From a virus (lineage: Duplodnaviria > Heunggongvirae > Uroviricota > Caudoviricetes), in IMG/VR virus record IMGVR_UViG_2565956608_000011: a stretch of 36,995 nt of DNA. The stretch is one strand, 5' to 3'. The first letter of the stretch is position 1. Every line of letters begins with the position of its first letter. Positions 28,422 through 36,995 of this stretch are shown here, in pieces. The position numbers were made by a program, and so were the translations under genes. The notes beneath the pieces were generated by a model. The model was given only the letters and a program-made list of their open reading frames with translations, was not told where the DNA came from and searched no databases.

Positions 28422-30836
28422 TTAATACAGATCCCGCCACTTATCATCTTCCTGCAAACGCTGGTTCCGATAGAAGATACGCAGGCCTGCTCCTGACGGA
28501 ATACTGCCGCCGCGAAGGAGTAAATCGACCTCTTTCTCGCTGCCATCAAATCCTCTGGACTTCAGTTCATAGACGAGCTGCTGTCGTTGATGGTCTGTAA
28601 TTCGCTGTTTGTAGTCTCTACGCCGTTTCGGTTTCACCAGGCGTAACCTTGCAGCCAGTTCCCGGCGTTCTTTTTTGTTCATACTGTGCAGGTAATCGTG
28701 CAACTCCTTGTCATCCATACGGGTGATATCCGTTCTGGTATCCCCATCAGCTGATTTGTCTTTCCCTTGTTGGTACAAATTTTCAGCAAGGGGACAGTTA
28801 TTGCCACGAGTCCAAGGGGCGCAAGCGCCCTGGTCGGCTGCCGCCTCCTGAACATCAACGGCCTTACGAACCATTTTCCACTTCACGGCATGAGTGCAGA
28901 TCTTGCCCTCTGCAATAGGTGACCAGATGCCATAAATACGAATGCCGTGATCGCCATAGGCGGTCGGCTCTTCGTTGATTTCATAAGCGGTTCTGATGAG
29001 GTGATATTTGCGGGGAACCAGTACGCCGCCCTGCTTCATGATGTAGGTGGCAAAACAACCAGCATCAGCAGCAGCCAGGATGGCATCAAGGCGTGGGTTA
29101 TCCAGTACCGGCGCACCTGCTTTTTTGTCCCCCTGTTGCCTTGCCGCCTGACCAGCCAGCAATCGCAGTTCACGGTAAGCCTGACGCCCCGGAATGCCAA
29201 AGAAGCGGAATTGCTGAACACGATGCAGAGACGCCCAGGCATTAACGTATTCAGCATTATCACGCAGGGATTTCCCCGTTTCCTTGCTGATCTCGCCAGC
29301 CAGACCACGCCCGTCAATGTTCTTACTGATGTATTTCGCGATGTAGCTTGTTGGCGTTCCTTTGCGCGGGTTAATCAACTCAGACTTAAAGCGCGGCCCA
29401 GTGTTATTGCCCAGCTCCTCGCGGTCTTCACGGATGGCAAACTTACGCAGTAATGCAGTGATGGCACGGCGGTCTTTTTTGCGCATGAAACACAACAGGT
29501 GCCAGTGAACTGTGCCGTCATGATGCGGCTCAGCCACCCGCACGCCATACCAGCGCAACCCGGCTTTGTGCATCGCCTTACGAAATGCAGCAAACATGCC
29601 GACCAGATAATCGCTGCTTTGTCTTACCGTCGCGTTTGTCCAGGTCGGGTTTGGTCTGCCGTTATTGAGCGTGGAATGGAAACGTGACGGACAGGTGATG
29701 GTGTAGAAAACGGCGCAGTCACCGCGCATTTCCGCGATAAGCTCCAGACCTTTAACACAGGCCATCATCTCATTGCGGCGATGCGCCGGGTTGCTGCTGC
29801 TGGCGTTTACCACATCCTCCATGTCCAGCGTGTCGCCGTCTTCGTTCACCAGTTCATGAGAACGGAAAAACTCCAGCGACTTACGGCGCTGCTCACGTTT
29901 ATGCATCACGGCTTCATAGCTGACATAGGGAGATGCTTTTTTGCTGACCAGGCAGACAGCACGCAACTGCTCTTCCCGCCATTCGCAACGCATCTTCCAT
30001 AATTTCCGATACCACCAATCGGCGCACAACATACGCGCCAGCGAACCCGGAATGAGTTCATAGGGCACGGGTTTACGGCGGTTTCTTTTCCAACGGAGTT
30101 GCTCAAACGCAGGAGGGATTACATCCAGACGCAGGGTTTCCGCTGCCACCTTTTCCCATGTCTTGCGGATTTCTTCTGGCTTAACGTCATCGGTGGCATA
30201 CAAATCACCACAAGCTGCATCAAGGCACATGCTCATATGCGCGGCAACAAGGGTAGACAGGCGCTTCACCTGATCCTGACTCATTTCAGGCAGGATCAGC
30301 AGGCCGTCCAGCCCTTCATGGCTTGCCATAAAGCGAAAAGAAGTGGATAGCTGACTCTCGCGTACATGCTCCAGTCGTTCCAGACATGGCTTAATCGTCT
30401 CACGCAAATAGCGGGAATAAGCCTTTGGCCTGCCCAGGCTGCTGAAGTATTCAATACGTTGCATCAGCGGCTTGCTGATATGGGAAGGCTGGGCGTTGAC
30501 GTCCGCCAGAATGACCATATCCGGATTAAAACGCTGCTGCTCATGCGCCAGCTTTGCCCGACTAATGAGCTTATCCTGCTCGATTTCGCGCTGGACAGGA
30601 TCACGGGATTCATTAAAGAAATAACGCTCCCAGACCTGATCACTCAGCGCCTCACGGCGCAGCTGTTCCTGCTCGTTATCGGCAGCGTACAGAGTGATCA
30701 GGTTTGAAAGCGCAGAAACCGGCGCAACTTCCGCCGGGTCCAGATAAGGGTTAATGGCCTTTTTCGGGCTGCTCCATGAGAATGCTGCTGCGACCTCGTT
30801 AAAGCCGCTGCAGTTGTTCATATCAGCATGGCTCAT
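28422..30836 (-). CDS. A: replication initiation protein A (rolling-circle nickase type)
   Basis: 804-aa ORF, last large gene of the early operon; recognised as P2/186 gpA-like. Confidence 0.85.
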   Translation of the reverse strand: MSHADMNNCSGFNEVAAAFSWSSPKKAINPYLDPAEVAPVSALSNLITLYAADNEQEQLRREALSDQVWERYFFNESRDPVQREIEQDKLISRAKLAHEQQRFNPDMVILADVNAQPSHISKPLMQRIEYFSSLGRPKAYSRYLRETIKPCLERLEHVRESQLSTSFRFMASHEGLDGLLILPEMSQDQVKRLSTLVAAHMSMCLDAACGDLYATDDVKPEEIRKTWEKVAAETLRLDVIPPAFEQLRWKRNRRKPVPYELIPGSLARMLCADWWYRKLWKMRCEWREEQLRAVCLVSKKASPYVSYEAVMHKREQRRKSLEFFRSHELVNEDGDTLDMEDVVNASSSNPAHRRNEMMACVKGLELIAEMRGDCAVFYTITCPSRFHSTLNNGRPNPTWTNATVRQSSDYLVGMFAAFRKAMHKAGLRWYGVRVAEPHHDGTVHWHLLCFMRKKDRRAITALLRKFAIREDREELGNNTGPRFKSELINPRKGTPTSYIAKYISKNIDGRGLAGEISKETGKSLRDNAEYVNAWASLHRVQQFRFFGIPGRQAYRELRLLAGQAARQQGDKKAGAPVLDNPRLDAILAAADAGCFATYIMKQGGVLVPRKYHLIRTAYEINEEPTAYGDHGIRIYGIWSPIAEGKICTHAVKWKMVRKAVDVQEAAADQGACAPWTRGNNCPLAENLYQQGKDKSADGDTRTDITRMDDKELHDYLHSMNKKERRELAARLRLVKPKRRRDYKQRITDHQRQQLVYELKSRGFDGSEKEVDLLLRGGSIPSGAGLRIFYRNQRLQEDDKWRDLY

Positions 30837-31690
30837 GCACGCACTCCGTACACGGCAGAACTATCCACGCCACGCGAAGGATCAAATCCCACCCAGCAGC
30901 GCGGCCCGGAAACAGCGATGATTTCTGTTGCTGATTTACACTCGCCAGCTGCCACACCGATGCTGCGTTTTACCTTGATATAGTGGTGAGTAAAATTGCG
31001 ATACAGCGAACGAATCAGGGATGTGTCACTGTTAGAAACAATGACCGGATGTCCTTCAGATGATCGATGTTCAAGAACGGATGCCAGGTGATACTGGTCA
31101 TCTTCAGTGAAACCATCAGTGTGATAGCCGGAAAACGTACCGTCATAAGGCGGATCGCAATACACCACATCCCCTGCCTTCAACATCGCCAGCGTTTCAT
31201 CAAAGCTGGCGCAGATAAACGTTGCCCGCTGGGCTTTTTCTGCAAATGCGCGAATTTCTTTTTCAGGGAAATACGGATTTTTATAATTCCCGTAGGGAAT
31301 GTTGAAATGTCCGCTCTTGTTATAACGACATAACCCACGGTAACCGTGACGATTGAGATACAGGAAATATACTGCTTTCATGAAATCAGTAATTTCAGAT
31401 GAGTAATTAAACTCCTGCCTTATGTTGTAATAAGCCACCTCCCTGTTTGCTTCCTCAAATAAGACTCTGGCACGAGATATAAATGATTCGCAATCAGCGG
31501 CAATCTTTTTATAGAGGTTGATTAAATCAGGATTAATATCAGCAACCAGATAGCTGGGGTAATCCGTCGCCATCATCACAGCACAGGAACCCGCGAAAGG
31601 TTCAACCAGTCGCGGGCCAGCAGGAAGGTGTTTTTTCAGTTCGGACATAATGGCGGTTTTATTACCCGCCCATTTCAGGATGGTGCTCAT
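30833..31690 (-). CDS. Dam-family DNA N6-adenine methyltransferase
   Basis: motifs LKWAGNK, VEPFAGS and DPPY; start at ATG 31690 (GGAGGT RBS) overlapping the upstream stop (ATGA); stop overlaps the A start. Confidence 0.8.
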   Translation of the reverse strand: MSTILKWAGNKTAIMSELKKHLPAGPRLVEPFAGSCAVMMATDYPSYLVADINPDLINLYKKIAADCESFISRARVLFEEANREVAYYNIRQEFNYSSEITDFMKAVYFLYLNRHGYRGLCRYNKSGHFNIPYGNYKNPYFPEKEIRAFAEKAQRATFICASFDETLAMLKAGDVVYCDPPYDGTFSGYHTDGFTEDDQYHLASVLEHRSSEGHPVIVSNSDTSLIRSLYRNFTHHYIKVKRSIGVAAGECKSATEIIAVSGPRCWVGFDPSRGVDSSAVYGVRA

Positions 31691-31914
31691 ACAGCACCTC
31701 CGTTGTAATGTTTGCCTTTCAGCTCTGCGATTTCCTGGCAGGTAATGCAAAGCTGCACTCCCGGAATGGCGCGGCGTCGTGCTGGCGGAATTGGCGCTTC
31801 ACATTCAATACAAAGCACGCGAGACACGCCCGGTGTTTTGGCACGGGCAGCACGAATATGGCGCTGGCGTTCTTCTTCAACGCGCTGCTGTACGAGATCC
31901 ATTGCATCAGCCAT
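31687..31914 (-). CDS. TraR/DksA-family C4 zinc-finger protein
   Basis: 75 aa with CxxC-x17-CxxC (CIECEAPI...CITCQE). Confidence 0.7.
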   Translation of the reverse strand: MADAMDLVQQRVEEERQRHIRAARAKTPGVSRVLCIECEAPIPPARRRAIPGVQLCITCQEIAELKGKHYNGGAV

Positions 31915-32153
31915 TAGTGGATCTCCTGCGCTTCGTTCTGGATTGCTTCAGCAGTTACACGCAGCAGTTCTGCCGCTTCGACGTGGTTTAGCTGGCGGGA
32001 TGTGATATGACACGCCAGGCTATCAAGGCGAGCTGCCATTGCTTCAGCCCTTGCCCGGCGTTCTTCCAGACGAGCCTCTGTCAGTAAAATATTAAGCCCT
32101 GCGTCATCCGGTCCGGTTTTAGTCGTGAGGATTTCAATATTACGCATAATCAA
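31914..32153 (-). CDS. hypothetical early protein
   Basis: 79-aa ORF tightly packed in the early operon. Confidence 0.5.
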   Translation of the reverse strand: MIMRNIEILTTKTGPDDAGLNILLTEARLEERRARAEAMAARLDSLACHITSRQLNHVEAAELLRVTAEAIQNEAQEIH

Positions 32154-32214
32154 TTCTCCTGAATTTAGATAAAGGGATGCCCGGCGGGTTTACGCCATTA
32201 ATTTCATTAGTTGG

Positions 32215-32568
32215 TTAATTCGGCATGGTTAGCCGTCTGGGAAATAAGCTCACCACCGCACGAAAATGATTCATTGCTTTAATCAGCTCCCGCTTTTCGT
32301 CAGTGGTCAGCTCATTAATGCTGATGCTATGACGTTCAGCTGGAATTTTTGCCATAAAGAATATAGCAGCCAGTGCCCGTTTATTTTGTTCATTATTGAT
32401 ATCCCGTGGATCACGCATATCTTTAATAAACCGCTCAAGCTCTGACTCAATATTCAAACCAAAAACTTTCGCCCTTAACTCCGCAATATGATTAAGTCCA
32501 TTCAGGCGTTCACCGGGTCTTAATGGAACAGTCGCCGCAGCGCCTTCAATAGCCATTTGTTCCCCCAT
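32215..32568 (-). CDS. hypothetical early protein
   Basis: 117-aa ORF in the early operon; start uncertain. Confidence 0.5.
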   Translation of the reverse strand: MGEQMAIEGAAATVPLRPGERLNGLNHIAELRAKVFGLNIESELERFIKDMRDPRDINNEQNKRALAAIFFMAKIPAERHSISINELTTDEKRELIKAMNHFRAVVSLFPRRLTMPN

Positions 32569-32720
32569 TTTTTCGTAGATAGTTCTGCCAGCAATTCATC
32601 TTGTGAACGGCACGGATGCCAGCGTTTACCATCCTCACCCATGATCCAGCCGTGACCGTAGTGCATTGCCGGACTTTGTTTTACCAGCAGCGATGCAAAT
32701 GATGGTTCTTTCGTCAGCAT
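32520..32720 (-). CDS. hypothetical small early protein
   Basis: about 66 aa from internal Met MLTKEPSF; overlaps neighbours as is typical of compact phage operons. Confidence 0.4.
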   Translation of the reverse strand: MLTKEPSFASLLVKQSPAMHYGHGWIMGEDGKRWHPCRSQDELLAELSTKKWGNKWLLKALRRLFH

Positions 32721-32727
32721 AAGCACC

Positions 32728-33237
32728 TCACAGCAAACCGAATGAAGCACCGAGGCCAGTCACGGTATCAACTGCACTCGCCATCGCAGGATTAGCCTGT
32801 AAACGGGCCTGCAATGAAACAGCGGCCAGCGCCATCAGTCGTGTTACAGAGTTAATGCTGCTGATAGCATCACGACGACCTGCACTGGTTTTTACATCGC
32901 CAGATACCGCACCTGCAGCAACACGCCCGATCTCTGCGGTTGCACTCATGACATAATGCGGCAGTTTCTCTTTTGCCACCTCATTAATCGGTACACATGG
33001 CAGGCAGTGAATCTGTGCCAGAAAGCCATCTACCAGCGTTGAATCTTCAGTCAGATCGGTAAGCAACCAGATTTCTGGTGCGGTTAATAAATGAGGTTGA
33101 GCTGGGTTCAGCTTGTTCCGCAGAATCTGTACATTCATGCCTGCACGTTCTGCCAGTCGCACCAGGTTGTGGCGCAGTGCGAATGCACGACAGGCTTCGT
33201 CAAAATGTGGATGTTTGGAAACTTGGTAATCAAACAT
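32728..33237 (-). CDS. CII-like HTH regulator (186 cII / P2 B position)
   Basis: 169-aa product from Met [15 protein letters not shown] with GGGGTG RBS; HTH-like segment [17 protein letters not shown]; second gene of the lytic operon. Confidence 0.6.
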   Translation of the reverse strand: MFDYQVSKHPHFDEACRAFALRHNLVRLAERAGMNVQILRNKLNPAQPHLLTAPEIWLLTDLTEDSTLVDGFLAQIHCLPCVPINEVAKEKLPHYVMSATAEIGRVAAGAVSGDVKTSAGRRDAISSINSVTRLMALAAVSLQARLQANPAMASAVDTVTGLGASFGLL

Positions 33238-33269
33238 AGTCGACACCCCTGATGTATCCCAAAATGGAA

Positions 33270-33491
33270 CTAGTTGAATACAACATTGCAATCAGTAAGT
33301 GCATCAACGGTAAGAGCAGCAAGGTTGATCATTACCTTTTCTCTTTTCTTGTCTTTCCGAAGGCGATGGCGAGGGATGCGACCATCAGCCAGCATATCGT
33401 TGATGGTGTCGATAGAAAGACCAGTAAGTTCGCTATAACGCTCAATTGTGACGTGTGGCGTATTCAGAGTTATTGAAATGTTAGGGGTCAT
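33270..33491 (-). CDS. Apl/Cox-type excisionase and switch repressor
   Basis: 73-aa product from ATG 33491 (AGGAGA RBS 8 nt upstream); first gene of the early lytic operon, facing cI. Confidence 0.65.
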   Translation of the reverse strand: MTPNISITLNTPHVTIERYSELTGLSIDTINDMLADGRIPRHRLRKDKKREKVMINLAALTVDALTDCNVVFN

Positions 33492-33586
33492 GATGCAACA
33501 TCTCCTATTGGCTTGTGGTGAGCCTGTAGTAATCGTGACAAGTACCCAAACGGGGACAAAATTGATACTAGGATCGCAAAAGAGAT
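33492..33586. promoter_or_regulatory. lysis-lysogeny switch region (pR/pL-type promoters and operators)
   Basis: 95-bp gap between divergently oriented apl-like and cI genes; individual promoter hexamers not resolved. Confidence 0.5.
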
Positions 33587-34183
33587 ATGTCAACATCAAA
33601 GTACCCAAATGAGATCAAAATAAATCCCAATAAAGGTGGTAAGGCTGCGATTGAGCGATTAGTCGAAGCTTATGGCTTTACGACACGACAGGCTTTAGCT
33701 GATCACTTGGAAGTATCAAAAAGCACTCTGGCGAACAGGTATTTGCGGGATACGTTTCCTGCAGACTGGATAATCCAATGTGCTCTTGAAACAGGAACCT
33801 CACTGAAATGGTTAACCACCGGGCAAGGCCTTAAGCAAAGCTCGCTGACAGCAGCTACAGAAGAGCTTGCCAAGTTTCGCCTTACCGCAGGCAAAATGAT
33901 TGAAGATGGTTCATATGTCTTCGATTCATCATTTCTTCCTGCAAATCTTTCATCACCAATTGTTATTCAGGATGGGCTCGTCACATACATTTGTGATCAA
34001 AAATTTTCTGAAGTACTTGATGGGCACTGGTTAATCAACATCGACGGAACCTATTCCATTCGAAAAATCACAAAGCTTCCAAAAGGTATGATTAAAATTA
34101 CAAGTACAGAGAATAGCTTTGAATGTGCATTTTCTGATATTGAAGTAGTTGCTTGTATAAGAAGTACAATAGTTTCAAATTAA
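33587..34183 (+). CDS. cI: immunity repressor CI (186-type, two-domain)
   Basis: 198-aa ORF with N-terminal HTH region (TTRQALADHLEVSKSTLANR), placed between apl and int. Confidence 0.75.
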   Translation: MSTSKYPNEIKINPNKGGKAAIERLVEAYGFTTRQALADHLEVSKSTLANRYLRDTFPADWIIQCALETGTSLKWLTTGQGLKQSSLTAATEELAKFRLTAGKMIEDGSYVFDSSFLPANLSSPIVIQDGLVTYICDQKFSEVLDGHWLINIDGTYSIRKITKLPKGMIKITSTENSFECAFSDIEVVACIRSTIVSN

Positions 34184-34203
34184 TATAGTAAAAGGATTTA
34201 AAA

Positions 34204-35880
34204 ATGAATTCATTTTCCATCGTTATATTCTTATTAGCATTTCTCGCCCCCATTCTAGCTGTAATATTATTTAAGCAAAGCAAAAAACATAAAGCGGCTA
34301 TAGATACCTTGACAGCTAACAACATAGCCCTTTCCAACCAACTGAAAGAAAATCAAGAAGAATTAGCACAGACTGTACGAGATCTATCAGAGCTTGAAGG
34401 ACGAGCTGCACCATTATGGCAATACGTAGAATTGCACAGCGCAGTGATGGAAGCAGAGAATAAGATAAAAAATGCAGACTCAATAGCCAGGCAAAAAATA
34501 GAAGAAGCCCAAATAAAGGCTGCTAAGACAGTAAACGAAGCAAATTATCAAGCTCAGATAAAAATAAGCAACGCTAATAGCGAAGCTATAGCAATTACTA
34601 AAGACGCTCGCGATGCACGCCTGAAAGCTAAAGAACGTCTTGATAATGCCAATAGTAAAGCAAATGAGCTGATCTCAAATGCTAATGACAATGCAGTGAA
34701 AATTATTTCCGATGCAGAAGAAAGAGCAAAAGAGATTGCTGGTTCAGCATATGAAGCTAAAGAGTTTGCAGAAAAATATGAAGCAGTTGCCAAATCAATG
34801 AAAAATAAAATTGAAGGTTATGGTGATGAATGGATCATCCCTAACCGTAGCGTTCTCGATGAATTGGCAGAAAATTATGAGTTTACAGATGCAGGCAAGG
34901 AATTACAAAAAGCCAGGGAGTTAACAAAATCATTAATAAAAACTAATAAAGCTGCTTCGTGTGATTATGTTGAACAAAACAGGCGTAATACTGCTATCAA
35001 CTTTGTTTTAGATGCCTTCAATGGAAGAGTTGACAGTATTTTATCAAAAGTCAAACACAACAATTTTGGAAAACTTTCCCAAGAGATAAAAGATGCGTTT
35101 CAACTTGTAAATTACAATGGTTCTGCCTTTAGGTCCGCAAAAATAAGTGACATCTATCTTCAAGCTCGACTCAACGAGCTAAAATGGGGTGTTGCAGTTA
35201 ATGAAATTATGCTCGAAGAAAAAGAAGAGCAAAGAAGGATTAAAGAACAACTTCGTGAAGAGGAAAGAGCTCGTAGGGAGTATGAAAAAGCGATAAAAGA
35301 AGCTGAAAAAGAAGAGAAAGCTATTCAGCAAGCTATAAATAAAGCAACAAAAGAGCTTATGCTTGCAAATGAAGAACAACGCTTAGCTTTAGAGCAAAAA
35401 ATAGCTGAACTACAGTTAAAATATGAAGAAGCTGAAGCTAAAAACCAACGAGCTATTTCTATGGCTCAACAAACTAGATCAGGCCACGTTTATATAATTA
35501 GTAATATTGGCTCATTTGGCGAAGATGTATATAAAATTGGAATGACACGCCGCCTTGAACCACTTGATCGTGTTCGTGAACTCGGTGATGCTAGTGTTCC
35601 TTTTTCGTTCGATGTTCATGCGATGATTTATAGTGATGATGCACCATCATTAGAAAATCATCTGCATAAAGTCTTCAACGAAAAACAGGTCAATAAAATT
35701 AACTCACGAAAAGAGTTTTTCAACGTAAATATTAAAGAAATTAAGTCTGTTATTGAAGATATGAACATCAACGCACAATGGACAATGTTTGCGGAAGCGA
35801 AAGAATATAGAGAGTCACTGGCGATTGAGCAAGAGCGCAAAGCAGCAACTTCCGCCAACGATGAACTGCATGTTGCTTAG
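34204..35880 (+). CDS. cargo protein: N-terminal TM anchor, long coiled coil (DUF4041-like), C-terminal T5orf172/GIY-YIG-like domain
   Basis: 558-aa AT-rich ORF inserted between cI and int; hydrophobic N-terminus SIVIFLLAFLAPILAVILF; repeated NANS/NADS heptad segments; C-terminal HVYIISN...YKIGMTRRLEPLDRVREL. Confidence 0.6.
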   Translation: MNSFSIVIFLLAFLAPILAVILFKQSKKHKAAIDTLTANNIALSNQLKENQEELAQTVRDLSELEGRAAPLWQYVELHSAVMEAENKIKNADSIARQKIEEAQIKAAKTVNEANYQAQIKISNANSEAIAITKDARDARLKAKERLDNANSKANELISNANDNAVKIISDAEERAKEIAGSAYEAKEFAEKYEAVAKSMKNKIEGYGDEWIIPNRSVLDELAENYEFTDAGKELQKARELTKSLIKTNKAASCDYVEQNRRNTAINFVLDAFNGRVDSILSKVKHNNFGKLSQEIKDAFQLVNYNGSAFRSAKISDIYLQARLNELKWGVAVNEIMLEEKEEQRRIKEQLREEERARREYEKAIKEAEKEEKAIQQAINKATKELMLANEEQRLALEQKIAELQLKYEEAEAKNQRAISMAQQTRSGHVYIISNIGSFGEDVYKIGMTRRLEPLDRVRELGDASVPFSFDVHAMIYSDDAPSLENHLHKVFNEKQVNKINSRKEFFNVNIKEIKSVIEDMNINAQWTMFAEAKEYRESLAIEQERKAATSANDELHVA

Positions 35881-35938
35881 CAATGTATGTTTCATAGTAA
35901 TCACACATTGATTACTGGTTGTATATACAGTTAAATTT

Positions 35939-35963
35939 AGCCCTCTGATATGAGGGCTTTTTT
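35939..35963 (+). terminator. rho-independent terminator abutting the int start codon
   Basis: AGCCCTC-tgatat-GAGGGCT followed by TTTTT, ending 1 nt before the int ATG. Confidence 0.6.
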
Positions 35964-36995
35964 ATGGCAGTACGAAAACTCACCACAGGAAAATGGCTTT
36001 GCGAATGTTACCCCGCCGGACGTAGTGGACGTCGTGTGCGTAAACAATTCGCCACCAAAGGCGAAGCTCTGGCTTTTGAGCGTCACACGATGGAAGAAAC
36101 CGAAGCAAAGCCCTGGCTGGGTGAATCAGTGGATCGTCGAACACTGAAAGACGTGGTTGAACTATGGTTCAAACTACATGGTAAATCTCTGACAGCTGGG
36201 CAGCATGTCTATGACAAATTGCTGTTGATGGTTGACGCTCTGGGCAATCCCCTTGCAACCGATCTCACCTCTAAAATGTTTGCCCACTATCGAGATAAAC
36301 GTCTGACAGGAGAGATCTACTTCAGCGAAAAATGGAAGAAAGGAGCAAGCCCGGTCACCATTAACCTGGAGCAAAGCTATCTAAGTAGTGTTTTTAGCGA
36401 ACTATCCCGCCTGGGCGAATGGTCGTATCCGAACCCACTGGAGAACATGCGAAAATTCACCATCGCAGAAAAAGAGATGGCATGGCTTACCCATGAGCAG
36501 ATTGTTGAATTGCTGGCTGATTGCAAACGTCAGGACCCAATTCTGGCACTGGTAGTTAAGATATGCTTAAGCACAGGCGCACGTTGGCGTGAAGCCGTAA
36601 ATCTTACCCGCTCACAGGTGACCAAATACCGAATTACCTTTGTAAGAACGAAGGGGAAGAAAAACAGAAGCATCCCTATCAGTAAAGAGCTTTACGAAGA
36701 GATCATGGCGCTTGATGGGTTCAATTTCTTTACAGACTGCTATTTTCAATTTTTATCCGTGATGGAAAAAACGTCTATCGTGCTCCCTCGCGGTCAACTG
36801 ACACACGTTCTGCGCCATACGTTTGCGGCGCACTTCATGATGTCGGGTGGAAATATCCTGGCCTTACAAAAAATTCTCGGGCATCACGATATAAAAATGA
36901 CTATGCGTTACGCACATCTGGCACCGGATCACCTGGAAACTGCATTACGGTTTAATCCGCTGGCAACACTACCAACATCAATAGCAAGTTTTTGA
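35964..36995 (+). CDS. int: tyrosine integrase (P2/186 family)
   Basis: 343-aa ORF with C-terminal catalytic region (RHTFAAHFMMSGGNILALQKILGHHDIKMTMRYAHL); stop codon is the last triplet of the window. Confidence 0.85.
   Translation: MAVRKLTTGKWLCECYPAGRSGRRVRKQFATKGEALAFERHTMEETEAKPWLGESVDRRTLKDVVELWFKLHGKSLTAGQHVYDKLLLMVDALGNPLATDLTSKMFAHYRDKRLTGEIYFSEKWKKGASPVTINLEQSYLSSVFSELSRLGEWSYPNPLENMRKFTIAEKEMAWLTHEQIVELLADCKRQDPILALVVKICLSTGARWREAVNLTRSQVTKYRITFVRTKGKKNRSIPISKELYEEIMALDGFNFFTDCYFQFLSVMEKTSIVLPRGQLTHVLRHTFAAHFMMSGGNILALQKILGHHDIKMTMRYAHLAPDHLETALRFNPLATLPTSIASF

Larger units (their letters stand above)
2856..36995. mobile_element. P2/186-like temperate myovirus prophage, minimum extent (ogr to int); attR expected in 2621-2855, attL beyond window end
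   Basis: complete P2-type gene order ogr-D-U-T-E-FII-FI-(invertase)-G-H-I-J-W-V-S-R-lysCBA-K-Y-X-L-M-N-O / P-Q / cargo / A-early operon-apl / cI-int. Confidence 0.9.

Noticed and set aside
31712-32005. Plus-strand ORFs (97, 70, 69 aa) across the TraR-like gene region
   Set aside because: Antisense to tightly packed early-operon genes; Arg-rich low-complexity translations.
1-36995. CRISPR arrays, tRNA or rRNA genes
   Set aside because: No regularly spaced direct repeats and no tRNA-like cloverleaf candidates were seen by eye at either prophage flank or elsewhere; a dedicated tRNA or CRISPR scanner was not run.

Overview
The window starts with three E. coli core genes (grxA, ybjM, ybjL) and from about 2.8 kb to the end is one nearly complete P2/186-like temperate myovirus prophage in reverse orientation. 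The phage backbone is complete and syntenic with P2: ogr, tail genes D-U-T-E/E'-FII-FI, tail fibre H/G, baseplate I-J-W-V, S/R, lysis cassette, head genes L-M-N-O, then P (terminase) and Q (portal) on the + strand, replication gene A, an early operon, a 186-type cI/apl switch and int ending at the window edge. Three places depart from the P2 backbone and carry the interesting content. (1) Between FI and the tail-fibre genes there is a Gin/Cin/Hin-family DNA invertase with a ~1.9 kb invertible segment, flanked by inverted 26-bp crossover sites, carrying two alternative tail-fibre C-termini and two tail-fibre assembly genes. (2) Between Q and gene A (the P2 old/tin position) there is an AT-rich cargo island: a 519-aa P-loop NTPase, a cos-like sequence, a 246-aa zinc-ribbon protein with a DUF4145-like C-terminus, and a LexA-box-controlled small-protein/DinI operon. 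(3) Between cI and int there is a 558-aa membrane-anchored coiled-coil protein with a T5orf172/GIY-YIG-like C-terminus. The cargo genes in (2) and (3) are the best candidates for undescribed anti-phage or superinfection-exclusion functions. All calls rest on reading the ORF translations and the DNA by eye; no database search was run, and family names come from recalled motifs and P2/186 synteny.
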